64,000 bases of DNA from Terriglobia bacterium (GTDB lineage Bacteria > Acidobacteriota > Terriglobia > 2-12-FULL-54-10). This document shows, in pieces, positions 38,945-49,609 of this stretch. A program made the position numbers and the translations under genes. Numbering within the stretch: the stretch's first letter is position 1; each line of letters begins with the position of its first letter. The stretch covers positions 544,001 through 608,000 of the forward strand of contig CAXVYR010000004.1 of NCBI GenBank assembly GCA_963666975.2. The letters run 5' to 3'. Under the pieces are notes generated by a model. It was not told where the DNA came from, searched no databases, and saw only the letters and a list, made by a program, of their open reading frames with translations.

Positions 38945-39691
38945 TCAAGACTTCTGCCGCAGCTTCCAGGCCAAGTCGCGCAGCATTCCCAGCGCCAGCG
39001 TCACATCTCCGCTGCTGAGGGGCCAGCGGAGCAGCATCTGCCGAAGGCGCTGCTTCTTTGCCGCCCCTGGACGCGCCTTCCCCTGCCCAGAGGCCGAGCC
39101 TCCTCCGGTCCACAATACTCTCTCTACTTCATCCACCAGCCGCGTCACCTCTTCCATACTGGCTCCGGAAGCTAGTTCTTTTGCCGGAAGCTTCTCGAAC
39201 CGCAACAAGCGGCTTAATTCATAGCAACAGACGGCCACTGCCTGGCCCAGGTTCATGGAGGGACATTCCCGGCTGGTAGGAATTTTCGCAATCCAGTGGC
39301 AATAGCTCAGGTCTTCGTTGCCGAGTCCCGTCTTTTCCGATCCGAACAGCACTGCTATGCGCTCTGCTTTTCTGCGTCGCTTCAAGCGGGCAGCCAACTG
39401 ATCGAGCGAGACGACCGATTCAGCAGGTTTCCGCCGCGAGAGCGAGCTGGTTCCGATCACCAGCGTCCGGTCTTCTATCGCCTCCGAAAGACGGGACACT
39501 GCGCGGGCGGTAGCCAGCAGCTTCTGCGCTTTCAAGGCGGCTCTCGACTCCCGCCACACCGGCTCGAATGGCGAGACCACAACCATGTCCTCGAATCCAA
39601 AGTTCATCATGGCTCGGGCTGCCGCCCCGATGTTTACGGGGTTCCGAGGCCGGACCAGGATGATCCGAACCGCTTGGCAGGGATTATCCAT
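38945..39691 (-). CDS. TrmJ/TrmH-family SPOUT RNA methyltransferase
   Basis: PRNPVNIGAAARAMMNFG, LFGSEKTGL, SMNLGQAV; ATG 39691 preferred. Confidence 0.92.
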   Translation of the reverse strand: MDNPCQAVRIILVRPRNPVNIGAAARAMMNFGFEDMVVVSPFEPVWRESRAALKAQKLLATARAVSRLSEAIEDRTLVIGTSSLSRRKPAESVVSLDQLAARLKRRRKAERIAVLFGSEKTGLGNEDLSYCHWIAKIPTSRECPSMNLGQAVAVCCYELSRLLRFEKLPAKELASGASMEEVTRLVDEVERVLWTGGGSASGQGKARPGAAKKQRLRQMLLRWPLSSGDVTLALGMLRDLAWKLRQKS

Positions 39692-39872
39692 TGGGCCGGA
39701 TTGTAGCAAGCTCCGTCTGCTTCTGTAGTAAAATAATGCACGATATTGCGGAATCATACAGCCTCATCAGAAGATTGGGGCCCGTTTCAGTTGAAACCTT
39801 GCAGGCGATTCTTGCGCTAATAAAGTGCGAGTCGGGTTGGAAAAAATTTCGGAAGGGAAAAGTGGCAAAGTT

Positions 39873-41198
39873 ATGTCGCAAACACTGACCGTGGATTGGA
39901 ACCCAGAGAGCCCTCGGAAAGTTAGGAAGGCATATTCTTGCGCTGGAGCCTTGAGCGTGGTGCTGTCGTCAGCGGTCTTGCTCTGCTCTGTGGTTCCTAG
40001 CTGGAGTCAGAACCAGGGCCAGAGTCCAAATCAACCCCCCGTCCAATTACCGGACGGGAACGGCAAAGCTATTGTGGAGAGAGCCTGCATTCAGTGCCAT
40101 GTCCTCAACCGGGTCACCAGCACCGGTCGTACGAGGGCGGAATGGCAGGGCGTCATGGACATGATGGTCACGTCGGGTCTTACCCTGACGAGGGACGAGC
40201 TTGCTATTGTGACCGATTACTTGGCTACGAATTTCCCCGACAACTCTCCGCCAGCAGTGTTGATCCCCGGCACCGTCCAGGTGTCCATCAAAGAGTGGAC
40301 GGTACCCACACCCGGTTCGCGGCCCCATGATCCTCTCGTCGCGCCCGACGGGATGGTTTGGTACACGGGCCAGAGGGCGAATGTGCTGGGGCGTTTTGAC
40401 CCCAAGAAGGAGCAGTTCAAGGAATTCCTGCTGAAAACCCCCAATTCTGGGCCTCACGGGCTTGTAGCTGACAAGGAAGGACACATTTGGTATACGGGCA
40501 ATTCGGCAGCGCATGTCGGACGGCTTGACCCAAAGACGGGCGAGGTGTTCGAGTACCAGATGCCCGACCCCGAGGCCGGCGACCCTCATACACCCATCAT
40601 CGATCAGAAGGGAACCGTTTGGTTCACTGTCCAAAGAGGAAACATGGTGGGGAAGGTTGACCCCAAGACCGGAAAGGTGACCCTGGTGGAATCCCCTACG
40701 GCGAACTCCCGGCCCTACGGCATTGTGATCAACTCCCAGGGCATCCCCTTCTTCTGCGAGTTCAGGAGCAACAAGATCGCCAGCATCGATCCGGAGACGA
40801 TGGCTATCCGGGAATACGTTCTGCCGAATCCAGACACCCGTCCCCGCCGGATTGCCGTCACCCCGGATGACATCATCTGGTATACCGACTACGCCCGCGG
40901 CTATCTGGGGCGGCTCGACCCGCAGACCGGCAAGGTCAGCGAATGGCCCTCTCCCAGTGGCAGCGAGTCCAAACCGTATGGAATCGCCCATGTCGGCAAT
41001 GTGATCTGGTACAGCGAATCGGGCGTGGAGCCCAACACGGTCGTCCGGTTTGACCCCAGCACGAAGGAGTTTGGAAGCTGGCCGATTCCCTCCGGCGGAG
41101 GAGTGGTGCGCCACATGGTGGCGGCGCCGGACGGCAACCTGTGGCTTGCCACCAGTGGCGTCAACGGCATTGCCAAGGTGGAGATCGCCAGCAAGTAG
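39873..41198 (+). CDS. Cytochrome c domain fused to a virginiamycin B lyase (Vgb)-like beta-propeller
   Basis: Hydrophobic N-terminal segment, LPDGNGK..CIQCH, then about seven P.G/D...DG.IW(Y/F)T...GR.DP.TG repeats. Confidence 0.85.
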   Translation: MSQTLTVDWNPESPRKVRKAYSCAGALSVVLSSAVLLCSVVPSWSQNQGQSPNQPPVQLPDGNGKAIVERACIQCHVLNRVTSTGRTRAEWQGVMDMMVTSGLTLTRDELAIVTDYLATNFPDNSPPAVLIPGTVQVSIKEWTVPTPGSRPHDPLVAPDGMVWYTGQRANVLGRFDPKKEQFKEFLLKTPNSGPHGLVADKEGHIWYTGNSAAHVGRLDPKTGEVFEYQMPDPEAGDPHTPIIDQKGTVWFTVQRGNMVGKVDPKTGKVTLVESPTANSRPYGIVINSQGIPFFCEFRSNKIASIDPETMAIREYVLPNPDTRPRRIAVTPDDIIWYTDYARGYLGRLDPQTGKVSEWPSPSGSESKPYGIAHVGNVIWYSESGVEPNTVVRFDPSTKEFGSWPIPSGGGVVRHMVAAPDGNLWLATSGVNGIAKVEIASK

Positions 41199-41423
41199 CT
41201 GGTTGGCAGATGGTTCACGCGGGAAGCCACCCAAAATCCTTTCTCGAACCAGAATAGTCCAGGCACGCAGGCTGCCTTGTGCAGCATGCACAAAAACTCT
41301 TTCCCCCCGCCCCTTCGCACGGTATAGTATTGGCTTTGTTTTTCAGAGCCCGATTTCAACCTAGGTTTCATCCTGGAATTCATCAATTTATTCTGAAACT
41401 TAATAACGGAGGACAAAGACGCT

Positions 41424-41939
41424 ATGATCGAACGCAAGGGAGCTACGACGATGAAGGGCAATCCGCTGACCCTGGTTGGCCCGGAGTTAAAGGTGGGAGA
41501 CAAAGCACCCGACTTCACGCTGCTGGGGAATGACATGAAGCCGGTAACCCTGGCGGATACCGTCGGCAAGGTGCGCATTCTCAGCACGATACCATCGCTC
41601 GACACGCCAGTCTGCGACGCCGAGACCAGGCGTTTCAACGAAGAAGCCGCCAACCTTCCAGGCGTAGAAATCCTGACCGTGAGCATGGACTTGCCTTTTT
41701 CCCAGTCTCGCTGGTGCGGGGCCGCTGGTGTGAAGAATGTCCGTACACTGTCCGATTACCGGGAACGCTCCTTTGGTCCCGCTTACGGGGTATTGATCCA
41801 GGAGCTGCAACTGGAGGCAAGAGCGGTGTTTGTGCTGGACAAAGACAACACGCTCCGTCATGTGGAATACGTTAAAGAGGTTGCCGAGCACCCAAATTAC
41901 GAATCCATTTTGGCGGCGGCGAAAAAGCTCTCTAAATAA
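41424..41939 (+). CDS. tpx: Thiol peroxidase
   Basis: KGNPLTL.G, PSLDTPVC, SMDLPFSQSRWC. Confidence 0.96.
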   Translation: MIERKGATTMKGNPLTLVGPELKVGDKAPDFTLLGNDMKPVTLADTVGKVRILSTIPSLDTPVCDAETRRFNEEAANLPGVEILTVSMDLPFSQSRWCGAAGVKNVRTLSDYRERSFGPAYGVLIQELQLEARAVFVLDKDNTLRHVEYVKEVAEHPNYESILAAAKKLSK

Positions 41940-42203
41940 ATAACCCTCGCGGCCGGGGCCAAATCCTGGCGGAGTTGACTTGCTTTCCCCTTGACCCTCA
42001 ATGCCTGTATAATTGGTTGCTGGGAAAGAAGTTAGGAAGTTAGGAAATTAGGAAATTAGAAAGATACAATCTATGCGACAGGAACAGCCTACGGACAGAA
42101 TTGGTTTGACACCCAATCTGGTCTTTGTTAATGTTGCCATTAGGTTTTGGCTGGGCTAGCCGATAAGACCCCCCGAAGATTTTATCTCAGGAGGACAACG
42201 CTG

Positions 42204-43394
42204 GTGGATCAACACGCCCGAAATTTTCTGTTTACTTCCGAATCTGTCACGGAGGGCCATCCGGACAAGATTGCCGACCAAATCTCCGATGCCATATTGG
42301 ATGCAGTGCTGGAGCAGGACCCGCAAGCCCGTGTAGCTTGCGAGTCAGTGGTGACCACCGGATTGGTCTTTGTTACCGGGGAGATCACCGCAAAAGGCAC
42401 GGTTGAATATCCTTCCATTGCCCGGAAGACGATTGAAGAGATCGGCTATACACGGGCCAAGTACGGCTTTGATTGCCACACCTGCGGGGTCTTGATCGCC
42501 ATTCATGAGCAGTCGCCGGATATCGCCCAGGGCGTCGATCCGGGTGGAGCGGGCGACCAGGGAATGATGTTCGGATATGCCTGCAATGAGACCGAAGAAT
42601 TGATGCCCCTGCCCATCCTGCTGGCGCACAAGCTGGTGCGCCGGTTAACCGAAGTGCGGAAAACCAGGACGCTGGACTTCCTGAGACCGGACGGCAAATC
42701 GCAGGTGAGTATTGTCTACGAAAACGGCAAGCCGGTTCGTGTGGATAGCGTGGTCATCTCAACCCAGCACAGCGAGGCGGTGAAAACCAAGGTCCTGCGG
42801 GATGCAATCATCGAGCAGGTGATTCTCCCGGTGCTTCCCAAGACGATGTCCGACGAGAAAACCAAGTTTCACATCAATCCGACGGGACGCTTCGTGGTAG
42901 GAGGCCCTCAGGGAGACAGCGGATTGACCGGCCGGAAAATTATTGTGGACACATACGGCGGCATGGGTCACCACGGCGGCGGCGCCTTCTCCGGCAAGGA
43001 CCCCAGCAAGGTGGACCGCTCGGCTTCCTACATGGCCCGCTACATCGCCAAAAATCTGATTGCGGCAGGCGTAGCCGAGCGGTGCGAAATTCAGCTGGCC
43101 TATGCGATCGGGGTGGCAGAACCGGTCTCAGTGATGGTGAACAGCTTCGGCACAGGATTGGTGGAAGAAGAAAAGCTGGTTCAATTGGTCCGCGACATTT
43201 TTCCGCTCACCCCTCTTGGAATCATTGACCACCTCGAACTGCGGCGGCCGATCTACAGGCAAACAGCCGCTTACGGCCACTTCGGACGAACGGAGAAGGG
43301 CTTCTCTTGGGAGCTGACCAACAAGGCCGAGGAAATCCGTCAGGCAGCCGGCCTGAAACAGGAAGCCGAACTGAAAGCTGTTTCGCGTCATTAG
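42204..43394 (+). CDS. metK: S-adenosylmethionine synthetase
   Basis: [28 protein letters not shown]; GGAGG RBS before CTG 42201/GTG 42204; TTGACA-17-TAATGT promoter at 42106-42134. Confidence 0.98.
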   Translation: MDQHARNFLFTSESVTEGHPDKIADQISDAILDAVLEQDPQARVACESVVTTGLVFVTGEITAKGTVEYPSIARKTIEEIGYTRAKYGFDCHTCGVLIAIHEQSPDIAQGVDPGGAGDQGMMFGYACNETEELMPLPILLAHKLVRRLTEVRKTRTLDFLRPDGKSQVSIVYENGKPVRVDSVVISTQHSEAVKTKVLRDAIIEQVILPVLPKTMSDEKTKFHINPTGRFVVGGPQGDSGLTGRKIIVDTYGGMGHHGGGAFSGKDPSKVDRSASYMARYIAKNLIAAGVAERCEIQLAYAIGVAEPVSVMVNSFGTGLVEEEKLVQLVRDIFPLTPLGIIDHLELRRPIYRQTAAYGHFGRTEKGFSWELTNKAEEIRQAAGLKQEAELKAVSRH

Positions 43395-43643
43395 AAATTA
43401 AAAACGGTCAGTAAGGAAAATTGCCTCGGTACAGATAGATTCCGTTTAGGCTTTCCGGCAGCGCACTCTCTTCAATTGCGAATTTACCGGCGATAGCCCT
43501 CTCGCCGACTGCTGCGCAGGCTGATTTTGCGCGAGCGCGCACTCCGCGGCGATTTCTGGAAACGTAAACCTGCCGGCGGCAGCCGTTACCGGCGACAACC
43601 CCCTGAACCCGCTTCGGGAAGGGGCGAACAGGAGACGACTCAT

Positions 43644-44918
43644 ATGTCCAAAGCTTCCCATGTTGCCTGCGATGTAAAGGACCTGGGCTTGGCCGATACC
43701 GGCAAGCTGCGCCTCGAGTGGGCCGACCAATTCATGCCGGTGCTGACCACGATCCGTGGGCAGTTTGAAAAGAACCAGCCCTTGAAGGGTATCCGGGTTT
43801 CCGCCTGCTTGCACGTGACGACCGAGACGGGCAACTTGATGATCACCTTGAAATCGGGAGGCGCGGACGTCGTGATTTGCGCTTCCAATCCTCTTAGCAC
43901 CCAGGACGACGTAGCCGCCTGCCTGGTGCGCGACCATGGAATTCCCGTGTACGCCGTAAAAGGGGAGGACAACGACAGCTACTACTCCCATCTGAATTCG
44001 GCCATCGAACACCGGCCTAATCTCACCATGGACGACGGGGCCGATCTGGTAACCCTGGCGCACACCAAGCGGACTGATATGGCGAAGGACATTTTCGCCG
44101 GAACCGAGGAGACCACGACGGGAGTGATCCGGCTCAGAAGCATGTCCCAGGAAGGCATTTTGAAGTACCCCATCGTGGCCGTCAACGACGCTAACACCAA
44201 ACACTTCTTTGACAACAGGTATGGGACGGGCCAGTCCACCCTGGACGGCGTTCTGCGGGCAACGAACGTGCTGATCGCCGGGCTCACCGTGGTGATCTGC
44301 GGCTACGGATGGTGCGGAAAGGGTTTAGCCATGCGCTCCCGCGGCATGGGGGCCAACGTGATCGTCACCGAGGTTGATCCCACGCGGGCGCTGGAAGCGT
44401 CGATGGAAGGATACCGGGTGATGTCGCTGGCGGAAGCGGCGCCCGTCGGAAAGCTTTTCATCACCGTCACCGGCAACAAGAATGTTTTGCGGAAGGAACA
44501 CTTCGAAAAGATGCAGGACGGAACGCTGCTGGCCAATTCAGGCCACTTCAATGCCGAGATTGACATCCCGGCGCTTGAGAAGCTTTCCACCGGCAAACGG
44601 ACCACACGGGCTTTTGTGGAGGAGTACACCCAGCGCGACGGCCGCAAACTGAACTTACTGGGAGAAGGCCGGCTCATCAACTTGGCCAGCGCCGAAGGCC
44701 ACCCCGCCTCGGTGATGGACATGAGTTTCGCCAATCAGGCGCTCGCGGCGGAATACTTGGTGAAAAACGCCTCCAAGCTGGAAAATAAAGTCTATCCGGT
44801 TCCGGAAGCCATTGACCAGGATATTGCCGCGAAGAAACTGGACTCCATGGGAATTCACATCGACAAGCTGACGGCCGAACAGGAAAAGTATCTGACATCC
44901 TGGTCGGAAGGCACCTAG
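43644..44918 (+). CDS. ahcY: Adenosylhomocysteinase
   Basis: CLHVTTET, ASNPLSTQD, EETTTG, FDNRYGTGQS, EGRLINL, GHPA. Confidence 0.98.
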   Translation: MSKASHVACDVKDLGLADTGKLRLEWADQFMPVLTTIRGQFEKNQPLKGIRVSACLHVTTETGNLMITLKSGGADVVICASNPLSTQDDVAACLVRDHGIPVYAVKGEDNDSYYSHLNSAIEHRPNLTMDDGADLVTLAHTKRTDMAKDIFAGTEETTTGVIRLRSMSQEGILKYPIVAVNDANTKHFFDNRYGTGQSTLDGVLRATNVLIAGLTVVICGYGWCGKGLAMRSRGMGANVIVTEVDPTRALEASMEGYRVMSLAEAAPVGKLFITVTGNKNVLRKEHFEKMQDGTLLANSGHFNAEIDIPALEKLSTGKRTTRAFVEEYTQRDGRKLNLLGEGRLINLASAEGHPASVMDMSFANQALAAEYLVKNASKLENKVYPVPEAIDQDIAAKKLDSMGIHIDKLTAEQEKYLTSWSEGT

Positions 44919-45023
44919 TTCCGTTCCAACCGAATCAACCCATTGGCGGCGAGCAGGCAGGAAACAAGACCAAGCGAGACCACGCTCGGTTTCTGCCATT
45001 CCGGCTGATTCTTAAAAACAACT

Positions 45024-46481
45024 ATGCGAGAGTACGCCGAAAGAGCGCTCGATTATCTGGACGGGGGCAAAGTCGACTACGCCGACGTCCGCGTAATTGA
45101 TTCGCGCGAGCGGCACATCGCTACCAAAAACGGCAAGATGGCCGACGCCTCCTCGGAAGAATCCCTGGGGCTGGGCGTTCGCGTCCTGTTGAAAGGCTCC
45201 TGGGGGTTCGCCGCCACCGACAATTTCTCGGCGGATTCCGTGGCGGCTACCGCGGCGCGGGCTGTCGAGATCGCCCGGGCCAGCGCCGGGGTGAAAAAAG
45301 CAGATGTGGTTCTGGCGCCGGAAGAGAAAATTGTAGACACATGGAGTTCACCGTTCCGCGTGGACCCGTTCACAACCTCCGTGGAAGAAAATCTGGGTCT
45401 GCTGCTCCAAGCCGACGCGGAGTTGCGCTCCGTAGCGGGAGTCACCCTGGCGGAGACGGGCCTGCAATTCCGGCGCACGCACGAAATCTTCCTCAGCACC
45501 ATTGGCTCGGCAATTGAACAGACCCGCCTGGTAACCGGAGCCGGCATGGCCGCCTACAGCTTTGCCGATGGCGAGATTCAGAAACGCTCCTACCCCAACT
45601 CTTTCGGCGGGCAGTATCAGTTGAAAGGCTACGAGCTGGTGGAGGAATTGCGGCTCGCCGAAAATGCGCGGCGGATTGCGGAGGAAGCGGTGGCCCTGCA
45701 CCGTGCCGACCTGTGCCCGCGCGGCAGCCGAACGTTGATCCTGGACAGCTCACAACTCGGCCTGCAAATCCATGAGTCCATCGGCCACCCCGCCGAGCTG
45801 GACCGCGTGCTGGGCATGGAAGCCAACTTCGCCGGCACCAGTTTTTTGACCCTGGATCAGTTGCGGAAGCTTCGCTACGGCTCCGATATTGTCCACGTCG
45901 TGGCCGATGCACGGCTCGAACACGGGCCCGGCCTCGGCACCTTTGGCTATGACGACGAGGGAGTCCCCGCCCAGTGCGCTGACATCATCAAAGACGGATT
46001 GTTTGTGGGCTATCTGACTTCGCGGGAGACGGCCCCCACCGTGGGCGAGAAGCGGTCCAATGGAACCATGCGGGCCGAGGGATGGAACTACACTCCGCTG
46101 ATCCGCATGACCAACGTCAGCCTCCTGCCCGGCCACGGGACCCCGGAAGACCTGATCGCCGACACCGAAGACGGCATTTATATGGAGACCAACCGCAGTT
46201 GGTCGATTGACGACCGCCGCTACCATTTTCAATTCGGCTGCGAACTAGGCTGGGAGATCCGCAAGGGCAAGAAGACCCGCATGCTGAAAAATCCCAGCTA
46301 CAGCGGCATCACCACGGAGTTCTGGAACTCTTGCGATGCCATCTGCGGCCCGGAGAGCTGGACGCTCTGGGGCACGCCCAACTGCGGCAAAGGCCAGCCG
46401 TCGCAGACGATGGGCACGGGCCACGGCGCCTCCCCGTCCCGTTTTCGGAACGTCACTGTGGGGATCGCTTATGCTCCCTAA
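45024..46481 (+). CDS. tldD: TldD metalloprotease
   Basis: HESIGH (HExxxH), YDDEG, IRMTN, CGKGQP. Confidence 0.94.
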   Translation: MREYAERALDYLDGGKVDYADVRVIDSRERHIATKNGKMADASSEESLGLGVRVLLKGSWGFAATDNFSADSVAATAARAVEIARASAGVKKADVVLAPEEKIVDTWSSPFRVDPFTTSVEENLGLLLQADAELRSVAGVTLAETGLQFRRTHEIFLSTIGSAIEQTRLVTGAGMAAYSFADGEIQKRSYPNSFGGQYQLKGYELVEELRLAENARRIAEEAVALHRADLCPRGSRTLILDSSQLGLQIHESIGHPAELDRVLGMEANFAGTSFLTLDQLRKLRYGSDIVHVVADARLEHGPGLGTFGYDDEGVPAQCADIIKDGLFVGYLTSRETAPTVGEKRSNGTMRAEGWNYTPLIRMTNVSLLPGHGTPEDLIADTEDGIYMETNRSWSIDDRRYHFQFGCELGWEIRKGKKTRMLKNPSYSGITTEFWNSCDAICGPESWTLWGTPNCGKGQPSQTMGTGHGASPSRFRNVTVGIAYAP

Positions 46482-47805
46482 AGAGCGCTGCCAGGAAATC
46501 TTCGCCGAAATCCTGAAGCACAGCGACGCCGATGAAACCGAGCTTCTGGTATGGAGCGGCGCGCACCAACTCACACGCTTCGCCAACAACACCATCACTC
46601 AGAACGTCGCCGAAGAAGGCGATGTCCTCTCCGTTCGCATGGTTTATGGCGGACGGACCGCACGGGCCACCACCAACAAATCTGACGCGGAAAGCCTTCG
46701 CCGCGTGGTTGCCGAATCGGCCAGCCTGGCGCGGCAGCAGCAGCCCGACCCGGAGCTATTGCCGATGCCGGGACCGCAAACTTACCAGCCCGTGGAGCGA
46801 TACTTTGAGGCCACAGCGGCCGCCACTGCCCAGGACCGCGCTGACGCTGTTGCCCAAGCCGTGCGCGTAGCGGAAAAAAACGGACAAACAGCCGCAGGAA
46901 TCTATTCCACCACCACCGGCATGCAGGCCGTGCTGAATTCCAGCGGAGTGGCCGCATATTACAAAGACACCAATGCAGAGTTTTCCATTTCCGTGCTCGA
47001 TGCCGACAGCTCCGGTTGGGCTAAAAAGAACGCGCCCGACGCCTCTGCCATCCATGCGGAAGAATTGGCGGAACGCGCTTCCCGCATTGCTACCCTCAGC
47101 CGGAACCCCAAGGAAATGGCCCCGGGCAAATACGTCACCATCCTGGAGTCCTCCGCCGTGCTCGACATGCTCGGCTTCCTGTTCCCCGATTTTTCCGGAC
47201 AGGCCATGCGGGACCAGCGGAGCTTTTTGACCGACCGCATGGGACAGAAACTGTTCGGCGAGAACATCACCATCCGGGACGACGTCTGCCATGCGGACCA
47301 AGCGGGACCGCCGTTTGACGGGGAGGGCGTCAGCCGCAAGACAGTCAATCTGGTGGAAAAGGGTGTAGCCAAGGAACTCACCTACTGCCGGCAGACGGCC
47401 CAGGCCATGGGAACCGAGCCGACAGGACACGGCTTTCCCCTTCCGAATGACATGGGCGAAGCTCCCCTCAACATTGTGTTTGCAGGGGACACGCACTCCG
47501 TGGACGAGATGATCTCCACGACGGAGCGTGGAATCCTGGTGACACGGCTCTGGTACATCCGGGAGGTCGATCCCTACAAGAAGATGCTGACCGGGATGAC
47601 TCGCGACGGCACCTTCTATATCGAGAACGGCCGGGTTCGGCATGGAATTAAAAATTTCCGCTTTAACGAAAGCGCCATTGACCTGCTGAATTGCGTGCAG
47701 ATGGCAGGGCATCCCGAGAGAGCTGCCGGGGAAGAGTCGGAACCGATGGTCGTGCCCCCGCTAAAAGTCTCTGAGTTCAATTTCACCGAAGTGACAAAGT
47801 TTTAA
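46471..47805 (+). CDS. pmbA: TldE/PmbA-family partner subunit
   Basis: TRFANN.I.QN, FDGEG, TGMTRDGTF; no HExxxH; overlaps the tldD end. Confidence 0.9.
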   Translation: MLPKERCQEIFAEILKHSDADETELLVWSGAHQLTRFANNTITQNVAEEGDVLSVRMVYGGRTARATTNKSDAESLRRVVAESASLARQQQPDPELLPMPGPQTYQPVERYFEATAAATAQDRADAVAQAVRVAEKNGQTAAGIYSTTTGMQAVLNSSGVAAYYKDTNAEFSISVLDADSSGWAKKNAPDASAIHAEELAERASRIATLSRNPKEMAPGKYVTILESSAVLDMLGFLFPDFSGQAMRDQRSFLTDRMGQKLFGENITIRDDVCHADQAGPPFDGEGVSRKTVNLVEKGVAKELTYCRQTAQAMGTEPTGHGFPLPNDMGEAPLNIVFAGDTHSVDEMISTTERGILVTRLWYIREVDPYKKMLTGMTRDGTFYIENGRVRHGIKNFRFNESAIDLLNCVQMAGHPERAAGEESEPMVVPPLKVSEFNFTEVTKF

Positions 47806-47808
47806 CAA

Positions 47809-47879
47809 GAGGGTTCTAAAAACAGTGTTCTAAAAAGAGTGTTCTAAGGACAGTGTTCTAAAAAATAGTGTTCTGAAAC
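47809..47879. repeat. Five degenerate 14 bp tandem repeats
   Basis: GAGGGTTCTAAAAA CAGTGTTCTAAAAA GAGTGTTCTAAGGA CAGTGTTCTAAAAAA TAGTGTTCTGAAAC. Confidence 0.85.
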
Positions 47880-47940
47880 TGCGTCTCGGCAGGCTGCTTT
47901 CGTCTTCGAACGGCTGAACCGCATGATATAATTTTCGGGC

Positions 47941-48588
47941 ATGGCTACTTCTAAACTCTGCGCGATCTGCAATAAAAGAAAGGCGAAACGCTTCTGCCCG
48001 GGGATGAGCGAATCGATCTGCTCCACCTGTTGCGGCACCGAGCGCGAGGTAAAAGTAGATTGCCCTTTTGATTGCAGCTATCTGCGGGAAAGCCGGCGCT
48101 ATGAGTCCGGAAGGATGCAGCCATCGCGCGAGATGCCCTTCGAGGATATCGAGGTGAGCGATTCCTTTCTGGTGGAAAACGAGCAGTTGATTGGACGAAT
48201 TGCCTATCATCTGCTCCAGTACGCCCTGGAAAATCCGCGCACAACGGATGCCGATATCGAAGGGGCCCTGGAGAAACTGGTTCGCACCTATCAGACGCTG
48301 GTGAGCGGCATCTATTACGAATCGCTGCCGGAGGACACGGCGCAGGTCGGGGTCTTTCGCAGCCTCCAGAATTTCTTCCAGGAGCAGCAAGAGAAAGCGC
48401 AAAAGGGCGGCGGGATAGCAACGCTCAAGGAGGGTGACGTGCTCCGCTCCCTGGTATTTCTGGACAGACTGGCTACGGCGAACTCCAACCAAAGACCTCG
48501 CGGAAGAGCGTTTATTGATTTTTTGCGCCAAGCCTATCCGGAAGCAAGCTCCCGGAAAGAAGAGTCCAATCTGGTGATTCCCGGTTGA
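47941..48588 (+). CDS. Hypothetical protein with Cys-rich (putative Zn-binding) N-terminus
   Basis: CAIC..C..CSTCC..CPFDC (8 Cys) followed by a helical region. Confidence 0.8.
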   Translation: MATSKLCAICNKRKAKRFCPGMSESICSTCCGTEREVKVDCPFDCSYLRESRRYESGRMQPSREMPFEDIEVSDSFLVENEQLIGRIAYHLLQYALENPRTTDADIEGALEKLVRTYQTLVSGIYYESLPEDTAQVGVFRSLQNFFQEQQEKAQKGGGIATLKEGDVLRSLVFLDRLATANSNQRPRGRAFIDFLRQAYPEASSRKEESNLVIPG

Positions 48589-48756
48589 TCCCCTGTTGAT
48601 CCATGGTCAATTCATGGTTGATCCCCGGAACGGGAAGCAGCGGGCGGAATTTTCAGGCGAAAATGATCCAACCGCTCCAGCTTGCTTTTAGTCTAACGGT
48701 TCGCGGAAGCAATCGTTTTTCAAGGAAGCCGGAACCCGTCGGGAGACGAGGCGGAA

Positions 48757-49524
48757 ATGAGCGATACAGAAACCAAACTGGTTGAAGAGCTGGTAACGGC
48801 CAATCGCATTCTGGCCAACGAAGATATCATCGACATTTTTGGGCACATTTCCGTCCGCAGCGCGCGGAACCCGCAGGAGTTTCTGCTTTCCTGTTCCCGC
48901 TCCCCTGCGGCGGTGACCGCCGCCGACATCATGCGTTACCGCCTGGACTGCGCCATCATCACCCAGACCAGCGAAAAGCAGTACGCGGAGCGCGTGATTC
49001 ACGGGGCCATCTTCCAGGCACGGCCGGAAGTGCAAGCCGTGTGCCATACGCACAGCGAAGGCATCCTGCCCTTTGCCTGCACCGGGGAGCAGATTCGGCC
49101 CGTGATTCACGTGGGGACCATGTTTTGGGAGGGCGTCGGCTGGTTTGAGAAATACGACGATGGCGGTAACATGCTGGTGGCTTCCGTGACGGAAGGCAGG
49201 GCGCTGGCCGAGTCACTGGGCTCCGGCAAAGCCGCCCTGTTGAAAAGCCACGGGTGCGTCGTCGCGGGCAACAATCTGCGCGAGACCATCATGGCAGCTA
49301 TCTATCTGGACAGGAACGCGCGGGTTCAGCTTGAGGCGATGCGGCTGGGCAAACCCTTCTATATTGACCGGGAGGAAGCCCGGCGCGGAGCTTCGGTCTT
49401 TGAAAAACCATTCGTGCAGGATCGTGCCTGGGGCTACTGGCTGGCGCGTTTGCCGAAAGGATGGGAGACCGGGGCGGGAGTCTCCCCGGCGAGCGGCTCC
49501 AGCCTGGAAGCGACTGCCGGTTAA
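48757..49524 (+). CDS. Class II aldolase/adducin family protein
   Basis: FGHISVR, ERVIH, AVCHTHS, LLKSHG. Confidence 0.93.
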   Translation: MSDTETKLVEELVTANRILANEDIIDIFGHISVRSARNPQEFLLSCSRSPAAVTAADIMRYRLDCAIITQTSEKQYAERVIHGAIFQARPEVQAVCHTHSEGILPFACTGEQIRPVIHVGTMFWEGVGWFEKYDDGGNMLVASVTEGRALAESLGSGKAALLKSHGCVVAGNNLRETIMAAIYLDRNARVQLEAMRLGKPFYIDREEARRGASVFEKPFVQDRAWGYWLARLPKGWETGAGVSPASGSSLEATAG

Positions 49525-49609
49525 TAGGGACTATTGTTTTCAAGTGTGCCTGCCGAAAGATAATATTTGGGCATAAGTAAACCGAGCCAATGAAGCAAGT
49601 TCAGCAATC

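Noticed and set aside
41940-42203. SAM riboswitch upstream of metK
   Set aside because: No SAM-I/II/IV/V consensus recognised by eye; the predicted leader is short. An Rfam scan would settle it.
47809-47879. Possible mini-CRISPR or LexA boxes
   Set aside because: Units are contiguous 14-mers with no spacers and no cas genes; GTTC spacing is N10, not the GTTC-N7-GTTC LexA pattern.
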